From Veleropilina oligotropha (lineage: Eukaryota), in assembly GCA_048128005.1 (NCBI GenBank), contig JBEUKZ010000065.1:1-64000 (forward strand): a DNA stretch of 64,000 nt. The letters run 5' to 3'. Position 1 is the first letter of the stretch. Each line of letters begins with the position of its first letter. This document shows, in pieces, positions 60,100 through 64,000 of the stretch. The notes below the pieces were generated by a model that had not been told where the DNA came from, made no database searches, and was given only the letters and a program-made list of their open reading frames with translations. The translations under genes were made by a program, and so were the position numbers.

Positions 60100-60864
60100 G
60101 TAGGAGCAGTTTCTCGGAGCTAGCTAGTCTGTCTGATTAATGTCTGATGTGTACATACTGCTGTTGGAATGCTTAAATATTACATGAACGCTGCCATATT
60201 ATCGTAGTATTTATCCATCCATGTGAATAAATATGCTAGGCATTAGTTCTGCCGTTTATTGGATACCTGATGATTGTATTGTTATGACCGTTTTTGACCA
60301 GACAAAATTGTGACTTTATTGGAAAATTTAAAAACAAATTTAAAGTTATCCATTTATATTAAAGTCCTTAATGAGCAGTTGTTCTTGCTAATCATTGTAA
60401 TAGGCACGAACGCTTATTCTAATATTATAACTGTAATCTTGCTCTCGGTATGTTTAACGCGACAGACAGGATTGTCTCCCTGATTCATCTTTTGTAATAT
60501 GAGAAAACCGTGTTGCGGAAGTTATAAACCTTAAGAACTATTTATACCTATCAATTAAGTGTGTGAAAATGTCATCATTGTCACACAAACTAAAGTTCAT
60601 AAACAGTTTCTTTCTGACATGATAATGACATCAGTGGTTGTATTCATCTTGAAATTATTGGGTGTTTGCCTTCAGTGAGACAAGTAGAAAAGAATACTGT
60701 CATTAATATCTCTCTGAAGCAGAGCAGGTTAAAATGACCTATAAATACTTTCATGTACTGTATTCCGATTGTCAATTTTAAGTTGACCATAGTTACCTCC
60801 CCTGCATCACAAGCAGCAAGCGAAAGGTAAAAATCATCTAGTGGATATATTATGGATTGTTTAG

Positions 60865-61105
60865 CAGGCGTGTGGTGTCATTTGCAGACTCTGAAATCAC
60901 TGCCTTGATTCCGCTGACATGAACAGTAGTGGGTTCGTGTCTCGGTTTGGACATTGGCATTATTTGTTCAGTTAAGAATTACATTGTCCGTAACTGGTTG
61001 GAGAGGGTGGATTTCCCCGGGGGAACGGGCTTTACCCCCGCGATAATATGGACATGTCATGATGGCTGTATATATACAGGACATTAAGCATCAATCCATC
61101 CATTC
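60865..61105 (+). mobile_element. tRNA-derived SINE copy
   Basis: GACTCTGAAATCACTG..GGGTTCG..GGAGAGGGTGGATTTCCCC..CGCGATAATATGGACATGTC..TACAGGACATTAAGCATC. Confidence 0.75.
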
Positions 61106-61317
61106 TTTTTACATGAATACGACATCAGTGTTTGTATTCATCTCAGAGGTCTTGAGTAGGTGAGACGAGTAAACAATAATACGGTCATTAATATCACTCT
61201 GGTGTTGAGCAGGTCAAAATAATCATTTTATTTCCAAATGTGAAAGCAACAATTATTTACTAATTATATATTGTTTACGCTACTCTTGTATTAAAAGTTG
61301 TTTGACCGCTACTATTA

Positions 61318-62110
61318 CCATATTCGACCTATTTAGCGCCCGCTTAAAAAATTGGCATGGGGGCGATAAATAGGATTTATTTAATATGTAGTCAAATACA
61401 TATATTATATGAACGGCAAAACTTTTTCCTTTGAATTTAGATAAATATGATAAAATAAAGATAATATGAAACACAGGTGGTATTCCAGTTATATTTATTT
61501 GTAAATATTAATGTTGTTGCTTAAAAATATATCGCGACACTCACCTTGACAGCAGTGTGAACCGACAATGAAAGGTGCGAGCGAGACCACGTGTCACACG
61601 GGCTATTGACGTGTCGGCAACGCATTGTAAATCGATCAAAATTGCTCAACGATACATAAAGAACTAGTAATGTTATTTACTAAGAAATAATTATTTACAT
61701 CGTCGTCTGTCCTGGTAACAAATTCATTGCTAGTGTCATTCGCGTAGCAATCGTCGAGGCTCGCAAACATCCCGTTTTCATTGAATATCAACTCTCCCAC
61801 GCAGAAACGTGATTTCACAATCCTACATGGTAGGAAGTATTCTTACTCTTTTCGGTGGCGAGTGCAGCACAGGGGGATAACCCGTGCGGGAAACCGAAAG
61901 TAAATCTTCCGTCGAAGGAATATGAATGTGCAACGTATATTTGAGGAAGGTAACTGATTAAATTTGAGTAAAGAAATTATATTAAAGCAAGCTGTTAGAT
62001 GTTTCCGTTATCTATGTAAGTAAAACTATTCCTCAAAGGGGGCACTTATACATGTAAATATGCTAGGGGGGCGCTTATAGGAGCAGGGGCGCTAAATAGG
62101 TCGAATACGG
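61318..62110. mobile_element. Tc1/mariner (pogo-like) MITE with TA TSD
   Basis: TA|CCATATTCGACCTATTTAGCGCCC ... GGGCGCTAAATAGGTCGAATACGG|TA. Confidence 0.85.
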
Positions 62111-62178
62111 TATGTTGCAATCTTAACGTTTTAAGGTTTTGGTATCAGTGACTGCTCATTTCTTGTTGTCCCTTTTAG

Positions 62179-62319
62179 AGCGATGGAGTGGCACAAACAC
62201 GGATCCTAGCAGCGCAGCATGGTAAGGAGGCTGTCAGAATCGTGAGGCAGTTGTCCGAGACCGCAGTGCAGCAATCCCTCATAAATATAGTACAACTCGT
62301 CTTAGAGCGACAGAAATAA
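62179..62319 (+). CDS. PDSS1: PDSS1 exon 10 (last coding exon)
   Basis: TTTTAG|SDGVAQTRILAAQHGKEAVRIVRQLSETAVQQSLINIVQLVLERQK-TAA. Confidence 0.95.
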   Translation, partial: SDGVAQTRILAAQHGKEAVRIVRQLSETAVQQSLINIVQLVLERQK

Positions 62320-62877
62320 TGTTATTTTATCATAGGGTGTAGTTTATATTACAATGTGTGTGTACCAAAGTGCTATTTATGTAATATTGTACAAATATTG
62401 TTGAATTTATTTTTGTTAATGTATAGAAAAATGAATAATTTTATCTGATAAACAAAAAGGATTCAATATCTGTTGAGATATTGTATGTTGTCTTATTGCC
62501 GTTATGCTGCTGCCAATATTTGACTGATACATACTTTTTTATCCAATGACATTTATTGTTATATGACTGCATATTTTCGCCATCTCACATTGGGTAAAAG
62601 GCGAACACGTGGTATTGGTTATGACGTTGTGTTCGCTGCTTGGTTGGTCAATATAATGAATTCATTGACTTGTTCTGCTCCTGCAGGTCAATATAAAGAA
62701 TCCATTTCCGTGTTCTGCTCCCATTGGCTTAAAATCAATCCTTAATCTGTGTTAAACATAAATATCACTTTAGTTGATGCATAACTTATTTTCTTAGCGC
62801 AGTGGCATGTTATAGAGTCGTTCAAGTGTTTGAAAAAGATATGGACAAAGCACGTTGAAAGCATCAGTTCTGTCAAG

Positions 62878-63460
62878 TAACATTAGATTCTTTGATTTAA
62901 TTGTCCAAGGCGAAGCTGAGGACAATTAAATCAAAGAATCTACTGTTATTAATATGTTCACTGACTTAATCAATTTTTCTTTTGTATAAACTGCCGATTC
63001 TCCCACACGAATCTCCGGCTGTAGCACTATTTCCTTCACTAATTGGAAGACACGTGGACGATTCCATTTTCCATCTTTATGAATAGAAGTTTCATGTGTT
63101 CGCAATTATACCAGCATGCAATTTCAACGCAAGCTTCATTTGGTATCAGGCCTTTGAACAGAGCACATGGGATGTACGTCTCTGGTAATATATATGATAT
63201 TGTATAACAACCATGCCAAACACTCGCTGCATACCGGTGCTGGGACAAAACCATCTGATCGGAGAGACTTGGAATGGAACACCGAATGTGACGTGATTAA
63301 AACTGGCCAAGTGGTCATAAAGCATGCAATCATTCACTCTTAAACCATTTTTGTGACGTCATTCTATTGTCTTGGCCCGTGGTCTAACTGACCATATTAT
63401 CAGTTAGACCATGGGGGACTACTTTCTTACACTAAAAATGGATGCATTAGGTTATTAAAA
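62878..63460. mobile_element. Putative non-autonomous Crypton-like element (hairpin-bounded)
   Basis: 29-bp-arm palindrome 62878-62948 around GCGAAGC; second hairpin TGGTCTAACTGA..TCAGTTAGACCA at ~63380-63411; boundaries uncertain. Confidence 0.35.
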
Positions 63461-64000
63461 TCATCTATTTTAAATTATTTTACACTTTTGCAATGGTTTA
63501 AGTCTGTTATATCACTCAGTTTGTGTTATCTAATCGGAAAAGCCCATGCAGTTAATTAACTGCACGCTTTTCCGATTAGACAACCAAACCTCGTCATGCG
63601 ATCCTGGTATGGGGTATTGGGTGCATTTGTGTTAAAGACAATACTATTGGTAGTGTTCAGCTCGAGTATGCGTATTGTGTACACATTTGCCATAAACTTA
63701 GGACTTACGCAAATGCAGAGAGCGAAACACCAGTGTAGAGCAATAGTAGAGAGAATTCATGATTTATTTAAATTCAAACACAATAACGAAGTAACTAGTA
63801 ATTTTATTAATATATGTAACGATATTTTTGGAATGAAACGCCTTCTTTTGAATTTTTATGAAACGACGTAGTTTTGTGGGGTTTCCTGGCATCGCAATGT
63901 CCATTCAATTTAATTGTTGCAGTCTATTTCTTGAATCCATGTTTGCCTCTGCCATTTTAACCCTTGGCTTTTTCGCAGTTCAGTGGGAAGTATACACTTG

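Overview
Animal genomic DNA (AT-rich, spliceosomal introns, tRNA-SINEs; a lophotrochozoan-like invertebrate is my inference, not shown). One host gene is recoverable by hand: PDSS1 (polyprenyl/decaprenyl-diphosphate synthase subunit 1). It is on the + strand in 10 GT-AG exons from 18194 to 62319 (412 aa), with a 31.5-kb fourth intron. Almost everything else is mobile DNA and satellites. Directly upstream of the gene is a tandem pair of PIF/Harbinger elements that carry an extra F-box-like ORF. Intron 4 holds a Crypton tyrosine-recombinase element and a four-level nest: a Helentron-type HINE, containing a TTAA/Kolobok-like long-TIR element, containing an intact 2A-PHD-APE-RT LINE and an apparently complete DIRS retrotransposon. 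Also present are Penelope-like remnants (one with a hammerhead ribozyme motif), CR1/L2 fragments, MITEs, SINEs and several tandem arrays. No rRNA, bona fide tRNA or CRISPR array was found. Family calls rest on motif recognition only; no database searches were run. The best candidate for an undescribed system is the three-gene Harbinger with an F-box cargo.
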